A stretch of 63,864 bases of DNA, filler included, from Bigelowiella natans CCMP2755 (Eukaryota > Protista > Cercozoa), in assembly GCA_000320545.1 (NCBI GenBank). It is 5 parts of 5 records of this genome, joined end to end, with 100 filler letters (N's around TTAATTAATTAA, not from the genome) between each part and the next. Parts side by side here need not be neighbours in the genome. Positions count along the whole stretch, not along the records: positions 12,878 to 31,812 come from ADNK01001548.1; positions 31,913 to 57,092 come from ADNK01002420.1; 3 more parts are not named here. One strand, written 5' to 3'. Below are positions 25,797 through 39,600 of the stretch, in pieces. The first letter of the stretch is position 1. The number at the start of each line of letters is the position of its first letter. Below the pieces are notes generated by a model. It did no database searches, was not told the origin of the DNA, and was given only the letters and a program-made list of their open reading frames with translations. A program made the translations under genes and the position numbers.

Positions 25797-26633
25797 CCTG
25801 TGTTGATAAATTATCGCACGCAGGGAGGCACTACCACTTGACGATCCCGTCGGCCTTGTTCAGAGGGCCATACCGGCGCGAGAATGGGTGGCGCTTGGCG
25901 TAGAACGTGGGAAACTGCTGGGCCAGATCGTCCACCTGCCCCGCTGACATTATGCGTGTCCACCGGCCGAAATGGTCATTATTCGAGACCTGCGGCGAGA
26001 CGAGGCATGCGTGAGCGAAGTGGGGAGGCGGGGAAGAGCCGTCAGAAGATGATTCGTTGGAGAACTCGCGCGTTTTCTAATAAAGGCACGCTCTCCTAGT
26101 GTCAGGAGAATACACCACACCATCTCATCTCTATTACCAGGAAGCCGTAGTAGTTGGCCTGAGCTTGATATCCCATGTACCGCGACGACTCTCCGCTGCA
26201 TTCAACCCCACCACCGTCCGCGTAACACACCGTAACGTCGCAGAACACGCGAAATCCAACAACAAAATAAGACAGGCAATGCTGCGTGAGACAACGGCTC
26301 GCTAGAGGAAAAGAGATAAAATCATGGATGCTTTCCGTACGCAGCACCGCGCAAGCGAGGTTTATGCTAATGATCAACACTTCGTCAGTGCGCGAAGGTT
26401 GGTCGATCACCTGTACACGATATGGTACTCGGCGACTGTGGAATTGCGCGCGTGCGGGTAAAGCGGCTGGGGGGTGCTCAGATAGCTCTTGGGTCGGATG
26501 CGGACTCGCTGCGTCATTGGCCACGTCCAGAAATTCGTGCCTTATTACGCCATTTATAGCCATGAAATGGGGAGAACACGGTTGGAAGGTTGGACGTTTT
26601 CAATAGCATTAAAAAAAACACACACACACATAC

Positions 26634-26667
<34 letters not shown>

Positions 26668-26691
26668 TATATATATATATATATATATATA

Positions 26692-26732
<41 letters not shown>

Positions 26733-28167
26733 CCCCATATTCTGTTACTTACATCCATCAACATCAGGGAACAGAGACGCCCAGTAGTTGTCCCTCCCAC
26801 AGTCGAGATGCAGCTCGATTTCCCCAGGCCCTTCCGCTTTCCAGGACTTCAGATTTGCGGCAAGATCCATGTTATTTGGGAACTTCTTTCCACAAAAATC
26901 ATACACCCCCGCCATCGTATCCGCAACAGTAATCTAAAGAAGCGTGAATTAGTAGGAGGGAGGGGGCGGGGGAGGCGGAGGCAGGTGACAGGACGCAATC
27001 TCTCAGCATATGAATAGATTGGCGATGGTGTAAAATATTTATGTAATCCTCATTGTCAACGTGATGGATTACCTTATGTGCGACCCCCTGGCATTCTTTC
27101 TCCGTGTAGAAGGTCAGAGAGGTAAGCACGCTCGTATCGATGGCGGACGACGAGGTCCCCACAGAATCAGCTTCCGCGTTTTTCACTTGAGGGACCAGAT
27201 TAAGGTTTGAAGGAGGAAGGGGGGGCGGGGGCCTTCGATTCGGACTGCTGCCGCCACTGCTACTACCTGCCGACTTCTCCCCCTTATGCTTTTCCCAAGT
27301 TTTCGCCCTCATTCCTAACAACATTGGCCGAAAAGTAGCAAAAGTAGTCACTTACACCATGTCGAATCGCGGCCTGCAGAGAAAGTGAAGATGGTGTAAA
27401 TAAAGGTTGGGGGAGGGAAGGTGCTTTGAGGGTGAGGGTTTCACCGATTGCGCAAAAATATGATGATCGGACGTGCGGGTTCGTGTGGTGTTGGTGCTAT
27501 CGTGCAGATCTATCACTTACTGCTCGGAAGATACGTCATTGCTATGAACGACACAAGGCTGATACCTGACGACCACAAATAATGGAAATCATACGTGTGT
27601 TGGACGTTCTCTCCTATATATGTGGGTATGAACAATCGCATCTATCTATACTACTCTTGATCATGTGAAGTGCCATATACATGAAAATGCTGAAAATTGA
27701 CATTTGCCAATCACTTTTTCGTCGTCTCGCCTTACCAATAATGCACGCACATGCTCCCTGAGCTGCAATGCTGCAGCCGCCACCTTTCCTCTTCTTGCCC
27801 CTCCGTTGTCTCCTCTGCGTGGCGTAAGAACAGTCTCACATCGGGGGTCGCAGTCATAAACTACAGTGTGCGTGCGGGCATGCGTAATGACGTCACGCAA
27901 GGACATCTACCGACCTTTTCTCGCATCCATTTCTGGATGAGCGATTTGTCCTGCACATAACGAATAACAATAAACCTCTGAGAGGGTGTTTCTGGGTGGG
28001 GTTGAGTGAGCGCTTGCGCACCGCAACGACCGTATGTTTTCTAACAAATGATCATTTCCTGGAGTTCCGTCGCATCCCCTAACCCCCCTGCTCAGCCCCC
28101 CCTCCTTGCAACCCCCCATTAACAACCGCCTCGCTCCAATATAGGCTTTTGTTTTACTTACCGACAT
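23953..28167 (-). CDS. Peptidyl-serine alpha-galactosyltransferase / hydroxyproline O-arabinosyltransferase-like glycosyltransferase (GT96/GT95), multi-exon; 5' end uncertain
   Basis: ESSRYMGYQAQANYYGF, YGPLNKADGIVKW, VIVLIDPDNW, AVPYFIHRDDLAVVGPLW, W|GAEMLGWNFACTHAG; last exon ends NYHEPLA*. Confidence 0.75.
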
Positions 28168-28677
28168 ACGGCGGGATAGAGTGAAATGCGAGTGTAAGGA
28201 GGGGGGGGAGAGATCAGAGAATCCAGCGCGAGATGCGTATCAATGGCGTAGTTTTTCAGATGTTCTCCGGCTGACTTTGCTTACCACTGAGATTGAGGTT
28301 TTAGGGGATATTTAGTCAAAATTTCTTCCGGAGAATATCTGTATTAGGAAAGAACAATGTTTACGAAGTCGTTTCATTGTGAGGCTATGTTTGATGAGGG
28401 TGGAGGCGGATTTCCGGCATTTTCAACCCGCAAAATACCTAAATTCTTCCATATTTTCTACTTATCTGTCGCACGTTGGCGAAGCTCGCAAAACGTTATT
28501 TTTCCGCCCTGAAAACATCTGAGTAGCCATAGATCAGTGGAGGTATTTGAAATCATATAAATTTAAAGACATTTTATATAGACGACAAGACTTAAAATGC
28601 ATAATATCAGAAGACGAACGGCGTTACATGAACTCATGAAGTCTTGTCCCCCCCTCCGCCGCTGAGAGCAGTGAGCA

Positions 28678-30447
28678 ATGTCGAATACGAGAAATCTGGG
28701 GGCTCTAGGTTGAGAATTTCGGAACCAATCAGTACCGTGATATTCATGATCTGAGTTCGCTCTCTTCTTCTTCTACAGATGTTTCGCAGGGTGGAAACGG
28801 AGGCTCAGGAGAACATGTACCTGATATGCATGTTCTTCTATCGAATGATTCTGGCTAATATTTATCCCACAATGAGTGGAGGCAAAGATGATGGCCCTTG
28901 CGAAGTAACCTTTTCTTTCTACTACCACGCTATCATATACGGTCCTGCCCGCCTGATAGGTCGATCTGCCCTCGTCGCCCGACTTCATAGAGGTTAGGCT
29001 GCAAGATGACTCCCCAAAGCAGGATCATCGACGGGAGGATATATCAATGTTCATCAAGGTCTCATCTGCCCTTACACGCCACCCTTTATCATATGTATAC
29101 GCACACTAAAAATGCTTATTCGATCAAAGAGCAACGACTGCACCGTCGGGCTACTGAGCAGATCTTACTTTGTTTTCCCTTTGTTCTAGATTAGACTTTC
29201 ATTGCAAAGCGATCCCGCTGCTGCAGCCTGTATTTTCTCTCTGACGTCGAATTTGCGTGTGCACAGAACCTGGATACGGGGGAAATGGCCGATGTCGAAC
29301 AAGTAGCCATCTTATGCCCTGTCCGCCCCCATTGTCCTTTAGCGGCACACTACCATCGCTGATTACGAGGACAACGATGATGACGAAGATGTAGATAATG
29401 GTGATGCTAATGTTAATTTATTCGCCAACAGGTGAATAAGAGCGTGTCTTCACTACAATCGTCTCAATCCGTCGCCACGAGGCGAGAACGTAAAGCGGGT
29501 AACGTACCATCGCTAGTGAGTACACGCAGCTGGGGAGCTCCGAAGAACCACCGGTATATAATACGAGGATAAGCGCAAATACGATTCATACTATTGAATT
29601 TTAGCTCTCTTTTTTCATATCCAATGAAAGATCCCGCATCATCCTGCTTTCTGCAAACTATCATCAAGTCAACATCCTTGCTATTTCCCCGCTCTCTCCC
29701 TCCCCCCCCTCCTCCCCCAGCTCTTCTCTTTTCTACTGTGCAAATTGATTGGTTTTGACGTTAATTATATACCCAACCAAACAGGAGTCCGTATCCAATC
29801 ACAGCGACGAGCTCTCGATACGGCGGCTCTAAGACGCGTGCACCATCGTCGTCATCGCCCGGGAAAGGACAACGAGATGTAAGGACCGACAATGGGGCCT
29901 TCATAGAGAGAGCAGAATCTGATGATCCCATTGAATTCGTGATAAGAAACTTGGACACCGGGTACGACTTGTTTTTGCATATGTTGTGGAAGTGACTTGG
30001 TGGTAAGCATCCATGTTGGCGGGGAGGGGGGGGGGGGGGGGGATTGCTAACTCATCCGCTCGCAGAAAGAAGCGTATCACCGCTTTTTTTGGGTTGGAAT
30101 TCGAGGCATTGCTTCCAATGGTTCTTCACTTGAGTAGAGGGCATATTTGTGTTGTCATAACCTTCAATCATTGCGCCATTTGGTCTTCATCTTCTTCTCC
30201 TTCTTCTTCTTCTTCTTTCTCTTGTTGTGATTGCTTTCTACCGCAGCGACGAAGTGTCGGCTCATAAGATATTCTCCGAGCTCGAGGCCTCCACTCCTTC
30301 CTACATGATGAGGGGGCGGGGGGAAGACTTTATGGTACAGAAATCAGCTTGAATGAGCACGCTGAGAGGATGGATGTGGGGGGGGAGGAGGGTATGGCAG
30401 CAGATGTTTCTACTCGCATAAAAAATACACACTTACAGAGAGATAGA

Positions 30448-30492
<45 letters not shown>

Positions 30493-30545
30493 TTAATATA
30501 CTACACATATATATTACATATCCAATTGATATATGTGTATATACA

Positions 30546-30592
<47 letters not shown>

Positions 30593-31475
30593 TTGTGTGC
30601 ATATGCATAAATAGATATTTATATATGTGTACACATAAAGACATGTTCAATCAGGTAAAGAATTTAGACTCAGGCGAGGAAGTACCTATATCCCAGACGG
30701 TGCTGTCATCTCCACTCTCTCCCCAAGGAGCATTGTTAGCACCTCAAAGCTTTTCTCCTGCATTAAAAGACACGGTAGGATTGCAATGGCTGTCTCTCGT
30801 TTGAATAGAAGAGATAGCTATTCGAAAGGGCGCCGCAATTCGTCTCCGCCCGCCCCTCTCTGAATTGCATCATTCCCTACACAGGCGGGAATGAAAGGGG
30901 GGGGGGTTCTAGTCGTGAAGAATCTTGACGAGGAAGGCGAGGATTTGACTCTTTTTAATCTAGAGTGAGTGATCCAATGTGAGAGCGATCTTCGAGGCAC
31001 TTTGCGAGTTGTTCTTCATGCGTGTGCGTGTTTGTTTTTGGAAGAGTCTGGATGTGTGTGTGTGTGTGTGTATGTGTGTGTTTGGACGAGTATATGGGTG
31101 TGGGTGGGCATATTCGCGTCGATACATGTGATTGGAACGTGCGAGTTGTGGGAGGGGATATCATCCTTGTAGAAAATAGGGCAGCGTACAGCTCCATGAG
31201 CCTCACACAGTAAATCCAGCCGCCAAGGCGATGATAACAGCACCATCTGCAAGCTAATCACTCGGGTGCTCGCTCTTTGTCAGATATAGCAGCGAGAGGA
31301 AAACGAAGAAAAAAAGGACGCCCCTCCCCGTCAAGTTCATTCGAACGTTGTGCGGCTTCGTTGCTTTCAAAGAGCTTTGTCTTACCCTTCCACTTATCTC
31401 CTCCAGGTAGTAGATGCTACACGCATAAACACAGATTTACACATGATATGAATACTACCACACACGCACAAATTA

Positions 31476-31520
<45 letters not shown>

Positions 31521-31525
31521 GTGTG

Positions 31526-31560
<35 letters not shown>

Positions 31561-31812
31561 GATAGTGGGGTTGGGGGGGGTCAAAAAAAACGAGGGGGAG
31601 GGGGGGGGAAAAGGAAAAAAAGCCGAAAATGAACATCGCGCCGCCCCCTGCCACGACCACAGCGTGGGGGGGGGGGGGTGTGTTTTTTTTTCTCTTTTTT
31701 CCCTGGGGCGAGAGAGAGAGAGAGAGAGAGCGAGAGAGTTAGAGAGACGGGATGGCTAATCTACTCCCTCACTCGTGACGACACCCATACATCCGGACAA
31801 TGTCAGTTGGTG
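28678..31812 (+). CDS. Hypothetical multi-exon protein with repeated (V/I)(K/R)NLD(T/S)G motifs, 3' partial
   Basis: GT-AG bounded exons ESDDPIEFVIRNLDTG, VKNLDSGEEVPISQ and VVKNLDEEG; microsatellite-filled introns like neighbouring genes. Confidence 0.4.
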
Positions 31813-31912
31813 NNNNNNNNNNNNNNNNNNNNNNNNNNNNNNNNNNNNNNNNNNNNTTAATTAATTAANNNNNNNNNNNNNNNNNNNNNNNNNNNNNNNN
31901 NNNNNNNNNNNN
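31813..31912. other. Artificial contig linker
   Basis: N-TTAATTAATTAA-N. Confidence 0.97.
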
Positions 31913-32391
31913 GGGGGGGGGGGAAAAACCTCCCCCAACATTCCCCCCAAAGGGGGGTTGCCCCCGGGGGGGGGGTTTTTTTTTTTTTTTCCCCAATTTG
32001 GGGGGTTTTTTTTGGAAAATATTTTAAACACCTCCCCCCCCCCCCCCCCCCCCCCCGCCGTAGTTCTCCCCATCTTCTCCTTTCTCACCCTACATCCCAT
32101 TTTGCCTGTGTTTTCTTCAAGCTTCTACCCACAACAACAACCACAACATCAACAGCCATCGCAGCAGGTAGGCCTTTAGCTTTACAAGTACAGTGAGGAC
32201 GGGCGGAAAGGGAGAGGGGGGAGGGGGGGGTGGCGAGGCAGCTTACATGCTTTTTTTAGCATTGCCGCTGCATGAGTGATGACGGTCTTGCGGAGCTCTC
32301 TCCGCCCCCTCCCTCCTCCTACTCTTCCTCGTCTCCTCTCCCTATTCTTCCTCTTCCTTTAACACCGAGGGTTCATTTCACATACCTCTCG

Positions 32392-32428
<37 letters not shown>

Positions 32429-33291
32429 ATATATATGGCCCTGCGAGAGGTGTCTGATTTATTGTCTGCGATAATTGTTGTTCCCACCCACGCGCGCAAC
32501 GACATCACAGATGCAATATCCCGGTGGTATTCCCCTGAATTACCAGCAGCGGCCTGCCAACCCAGCAATGTTCCAAGCTCCGTTTCAGCAGAACTATAAC
32601 AACAACAGCGGCAGCGGTAACAACCCCTTCTTCTAAGTTAGCGGTATTATTAAGCGGCGTTAAAGAGGGAAACTCTCGATCGATCGATGTAGCCCTGCTT
32701 TCCTGGCCTGGTGGCGATAATTCGTCATTGCTATTGAAGGTGGAGAGAGCCGGCAGCGGGGGGTGGGGGCTGCGGAGAACTGCTACATAATTTGCTTTGA
32801 CAATTTTGCATGCATGTATTCGTCTGGAGACGTACGAGGGAGTAGACTTTGCAATGTGTGCGCGCTTAAATGTTAGCTGCAGTGTAGATAGTTGCTATGG
32901 GCGGGGGGCAGTAAATATATGACTGACTGATACAAGTATTAATATTCGTACGACGATGAACGATCATGCATGCAACAATGCGCGCATGCATGCGTCATCA
33001 CATCAAATTGAACACGTGCACGCACGCGCATGACAAATGGCGCGCGTGCTAGCGGGTGTGTGCGCCTTCTAGCTAGCTAGCTAGCTGCTGTGCCATGATG
33101 TGCAACGCATGATTTGTATGCCTAGTTATTGCGTGCCATGTGTGTAGCTAGTCTGTAGATGCCATGTAGCTAGATGGCGCATGCGCTGTGTGTACATGGC
33201 GCTCGCCCATCTACAAAGATGAGACGATGCTGTCTTGTGTCATAAAAATGATGTCCACAGTGTAGATGTCGCGGCAATAACAACTAGCTAG

Positions 33292-33385
33292 TGTGAGTGG
33301 TTTTTGCCTTTGAACGTTATAACGTACCACTCTAGCACTCGTAGTTCGCGAACTACGAGTGGTTCAAAGGCAAAAACCACTCACA
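33292..33385. repeat. 94-bp foldback element: 24-bp perfect inverted arms around a 26-bp perfect palindrome (MITE-like)
   Basis: tgtgagtggtttttgcctttgaac ... cactcgtagttcgcgaactacgagtg gttcaaaggcaaaaaccactcaca. Confidence 0.9.
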
Positions 33386-34228
33386 ACTAGATGTGTCAGA
33401 TGTGTGACATGCATGCTAGCATGCATTTCCGCAAACAAAAAAAAATGTTTGTGCCTGCAGCTCTAGCTGTGTGTAGCACTGCGCACATGCAGTGTGCGCC
33501 TGCTCCAGTGCTAGCTAGCTGGCAGTCTAGCGGTCACGTGGCATTACTAGATTAATTTCGCCACGCTTGCACTGATCGACCTATCTGTCTAGCTGTGCTA
33601 GCTACATACTACATACATCGTACTAGTATAGACGATCCACTTCTCAAATAAAGAGTAGTAGTAGTTTCGATGACGAACAAGACGTACACTTAGCTAGTTA
33701 GCTGCCATGCAAGCTAGCGACGGGTTCTGCGGTTGGCATGTGTACAACAAAGAGTCTAGATCGATATCATTTGCAGAGACCGACGGATACAGCATTAATG
33801 ACCCTCATCTTACGCATCGTGCGCCCCGAAAGCCTTGTACATCTAGAATTTTGCCTATTACATAGACATCACTACTAATTCGTCGCTGTGGGTACATTAA
33901 TCGTCTATTAATTTTTTAAGGTTTAGCCTGTGATAGCATGAAGTAGTGTACACGTTTTCAACATCATTCTCTTGATATGCAGGTCGGTGTGGAAGTCAGT
34001 TGGGTCGTAGTGGGACCAGCCCGTCACACTATGGCCACAAAAGGCTTCGAGGCGCAGTGTTAATTACCAGAGTGCAACAGGCTAGCAGGATTGTGATAAG
34101 ACAATAATCGTTATTACTAAATCATGCTGAGTGACACAGTGCATACATTCTCCACGGTATTTCGTTCAACGAGCGACACAAAGCAGGCAATTGACTTAGC
34201 ACGTACACATGTTCCCGAAATCAATGGT

Positions 34229-34244
34229 GGTGTAATAATACACC
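34229..34244 (-). promoter_or_regulatory. Histone 3' stem-loop of H2B (GGTGTA-TTAT-TACACC)
   Basis: 6-bp stem with 4-nt loop about 35 nt after the stop, A/C-rich 5' flank and ACCA 3' flank. Confidence 0.8.
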
Positions 34245-34278
34245 GATAGTTTGGTTGTTTGTGGGCTGAGGTAGACGC

Positions 34279-34644
34279 TTATGCCTTGGAGCTGGTGTAC
34301 TTGGTAACAGCCTTGGTTCCCTCGGAAACAGCGTGCTTAGCAAGCTCTCCAGGAAGGATGAGGCGGACAGCGGTCTGGATTTCCCTGGATGAGAGGGTAG
34401 CCTTGTTGTTGAATCGGCAAAGCTTTCCAGCTTCGGAAGCGATGCGCTCGAAGATGTCTCCGATGAAGGAGTTCATGATCGACATACCGCGGCGGGAGAT
34501 ACCGGTATCAGGGTGGACCTGCTTGAGGACCTTGTAGATGTAGGTGGAGTAGGATTCAACGCGCTTCTTTCTGCGCTTTGCTTCTGCCTTTTTCTTTTCA
34601 GGCTTCTTAGCTGGGGTCTTGGTTGCTTTGGACTTAGCTGGCAT
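34279..34644 (-). CDS. H2B: Histone H2B, intronless
   Basis: MPAKSK...[21 protein letters not shown]...[23 protein letters not shown]. Confidence 0.98.
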   Translation of the reverse strand: MPAKSKATKTPAKKPEKKKAEAKRRKKRVESYSTYIYKVLKQVHPDTGISRRGMSIMNSFIGDIFERIASEAGKLCRFNNKATLSSREIQTAVRLILPGELAKHAVSEGTKAVTKYTSSKA

Positions 34645-35783
<1,139 letters not shown>

Positions 35784-35816
35784 GCAGCTTGCCTTAATCT
35801 CAGAAAACTCAACAAC

Positions 35817-35831
35817 GGTGTCAATGACACC
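35817..35831 (+). promoter_or_regulatory. Histone 3' stem-loop of H3 (GGTGTC-AAT-GACACC)
   Basis: 6-bp stem about 33 nt after the stop, AACAAC 5' flank and ACCA 3' flank; loop is 3 nt. Confidence 0.7.
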
Positions 35832-36659
35832 ACCATCACAAGATGAAACTTGATGAGTGTGACCCTCCTGCCAACAGAGACGTTAAGACATCTTTGTTCG
35901 ACTGTGCAATGTGTGTTTTCTCTCTCTCAACTAGATCCATGAAAAAGAATTTGCTTAGATTCCTCGTTTTCTAGCAGAAAAGCGGAATCATGCAGGTGAT
36001 TGTCACAATCGTGCAGTCGAATTCAGCCACAGAATCCGAAGGTTCCAAGGCTGCACTGTCCAGCTGTGCACAAACTCTGCCATGATGACTGGCGTGGTCA
36101 ACGTGCAATCTTCTGCCAAACTCCCGCCCTTCTGGTCTGTTGTTGACATCCAACAAACGCGGCCGGCACTGGACTGTGCGGTCTTCGCGCTCTGGCGCAA
36201 GTGGCTCTCGATTTGGCCAACTCGCAATGCCGCGCGCACGTCTGGACTTGCACAATTCAACGCGCACGCTGCGCCAGCTAGTCAGCATGTCAGATGGCTA
36301 GATGGGGCATCGTGGCTCTGCTGCGGAACACATCTCAGCAATGATGACAGCACCATCTAGCTAGCTAGCTGTGCTCGATGACGTGCTGCGTGTGCTGCCT
36401 AGCTAGCTGGGTTGCATTTGACTAGCTAGCAGCTAGTTGATGTGAAAGCGCACGCACGTAGCAGTCTAGCAGTGTGTAGTCGTCTTGTAGCTAGCCACAG
36501 CTAGAGCTAGTGGTGCGCACTGCATTCATGCTAGCATGGCATCATCGCATCATCCAACGCAGGGCTAGCTTGAGAGTGCAAAGCATCCATAGACATGTAC
36601 GTTGAGTTAAATTTCTTGCGTCATTTCCGATCCATGCTGTCACAGCATTAATTGTCTGA

Positions 36660-39600
36660 TCATGCGTAGACCCCTAGCTTTGTCATCACTGCACCGACTC
36701 TATTAGGCATTTCCTTGATGTTGTTCACGGGAGTTGCAGCGTAAGGGTCGTTCACTTTCCTCTCCTCGATGCTGAAACACAAAATCGATTGATGGATGCG
36801 CGAAATCATTGCTCGTGCCATCATTAACGCATATCTAAGTATGTTGCAGAGTCAAATTCCTCTTTCAAGATAATGTCTTCGTTTACCGCGTGGAGACCGT
36901 ATGTTGACTAAGATAGATTACAAGCTTGTCGACCATTCTCTCTTATGCTAGCGCTAGCTAGCTACCATAGCTACGTTTGACGAATTGTGAGGTTGTGTAC
37001 GATATTTATTGTGCACAAAGCGTAATAGTTCTGCACCTTTTGCTTCTGGCGACACTCTCAATCACCTGACGTAACAGGGTTCAGCGGCTCGCAACACATA
37101 CGAACATATTTGTGCACAATTTGCAAAATTACCCCAGGCATTACGTCCAACGAACTGAATTGTGAAAGTACGAGCAGACGGAAGCGTTCAATCCATGGGA
37201 ACTTTGAAACGATACCATCGTATGCATTCCTTAGTCCCCATTGCATTTCAGATTGACCAAACCTTTGCGTCAAAAGAACATTCACAAAAAAGTTACATTA
37301 GGCAGGCAATATATCATACAGATGCTGGTGTACCAAAGAAGAAGAATTGCTACTCCCAAGCTCAGTCGGAAGCAGATATACAGCACGAATATAACTTGTG
37401 AGTATCTAAAATGAAAATCAACTAAATGAAAGCCAAAACATCAAAGTGTAAGTGAGAGTTTAGTCTTTAGTCTTTAGAAATATACGCAGGTGCATTTGAG
37501 CCAGCATGAACTAGATCGGAGATAGTAATGATTAGCTCTGTATTATCGAATTATCGAATGGGTTAGCTAAATGATCTGTAAAGTCCATCCGTGTCATCGC
37601 TTACCTAGAACAATTCCGAATGCAATGAATAATATCTTCATCGTGTAACGAGATGAATCGGGGGAAGGAGCTGCGACCGTCCTATATGCTGTTCACGAAT
37701 TTATTAGAGAGTGAAGATTAACAATTCACTAACTATTAATTTCAGTCACCTTCGTCCACTCTATTTACTACTTTCATTTCCATAAAAGACGTAGGTGGCT
37801 CATCTCTGTTGTACGATTAAATTTGATTAACTAAAAAATAAAGCTTTGCGGAGACTTCACCTTTCAAAAACATCACCAATCTCCGAATAAGGTTCTGAGT
37901 CCACCTGCTGTAGTAGCTCAAACTTATTGATAATCGCTCCAAGTTATATCGATCGAAAACGCACAGTGAGTGTTCCGGATGCAGATAAGGCATCGTCCAA
38001 GAGTAGACCTTCAGACTTTTTGCAGAATATGTTGATAATGTAAGTATCTAGAAACAAATAATTTGAGTGTATGTACACCTTATCGTCTTTTTGTTGGTTT
38101 CTTATCATCTGGGGTATCTAAAGTGTTATACTTGTATAAGAGCCACTCTAGTACATTGTTCGATTTTGATAAAAAATACTTTCAGACGCTCACTTAAAGT
38201 AGATGTTGCGAATTGATACTTGATGATCTGGAATTAAATAGTAAACAGTATTAGTTGCACTTAATCTGTACGACTTTACGAAAGCTGCCATCTACCATGT
38301 ATATACTTGAAATGCTTATTCCCAATAAAGTAAGCAACTTTATGACCTAAATGTTTGTGTCCATAGCGACAATTTTCATATAATAATGAAACAGCAGTTG
38401 GCAGTGTTATCTCGAACATTGAACATTGAACGTTGAACATTGAACATTGAAATGGAAAAACCTGGAAAGAGATAGGGTCCCAAGCGTGACACATGAGCAC
38501 GGATTGTGCGTAGTTGCTCTAAAAGCAATTTCCATAAACGCATAATGAATAAAGCAATCTTTTGACACAATAAATCCTCTACTATCAATTATATAATTAT
38601 ATCACTCACATCTGTTTTATCCATATTTCCTCTAAATCTTGGTGTTACTCCTACACAATACATGAACCAGATCAAGCAAGCATGCAAGACAGTTATTTTA
38701 TGGCTACCTGGAATACAGAAAATTAGCGATATGATTAATACAGCCCTATACGACAATATCATAAATCATACCGAGGATGGTATTTATAAAAAATATAACC
38801 CACCCCCATGTAACAGCGTGCCCGTACTTTTCAGTTTTCAATACGGTTGCTTTGTTGTAGCTGAGGCTAATTGGGGGTACAATGAATATTAGATTTGATG
38901 ATTTAATCACTTATGCTCTCATCGAGTGTCATTCGCCTACCGTGCATAAAGGACAACGCATAATGTCAGTCCGTATCCGGATTGAAGTAACTGAAATCCT
39001 GTTCAAGTGTGAAAGGACGATTAAAGGAGGAAACGAAAGCAGGACAATGATAAAGTCTCACTCTTTTCAACTACCTACTTCCCACAAATGTAACCCAACA
39101 GCCTAGGAAAAACAGTACGTAAGAGACTCTTGGCAAATAGGTTACATACTGATGTACTAATTATTACTTCCCGGTCTGTAATTTCTTCTTCGGAATTGTT
39201 TAAGCATGCCAACTTCACGCTAGACGTTCACGTAATAACGTTACTTCTCGTAGAAAACTAGTATCTAATATACTTACCTCATCAACGCAATCGTAACAGC
39301 TGCAAGTGTACATACTACTCGCCAGGATCCTGCATTAGATGTGAGACTCGAGCATTGCTGATAGCTATGATGAAAAAGTACTTTCTTGTAAATTCTTACC
39401 TTTAATTGGCCTTTTCTCGCGTGCTAGGTAGCACATGACTAGGAACACGCCTTCAAAGATGAGGAATATGAGCCGGTATTAGGGAGTAACACTTGAAAGA
39501 TTCTATTGCATTAGAAATTATATTTACAGCTAGCTCCGAGAGAGAGAGATGCGACCCAGAAAGAAATGCCTTTTGATGTTTTAGGATAAACTAAAGTTGT

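Noticed and set aside
31913-32060. G/C/T homopolymer-rich stretch resembling G-quadruplex or hairpin (also 61801-61960)
   Set aside because: Typical low-quality read ends next to gaps.
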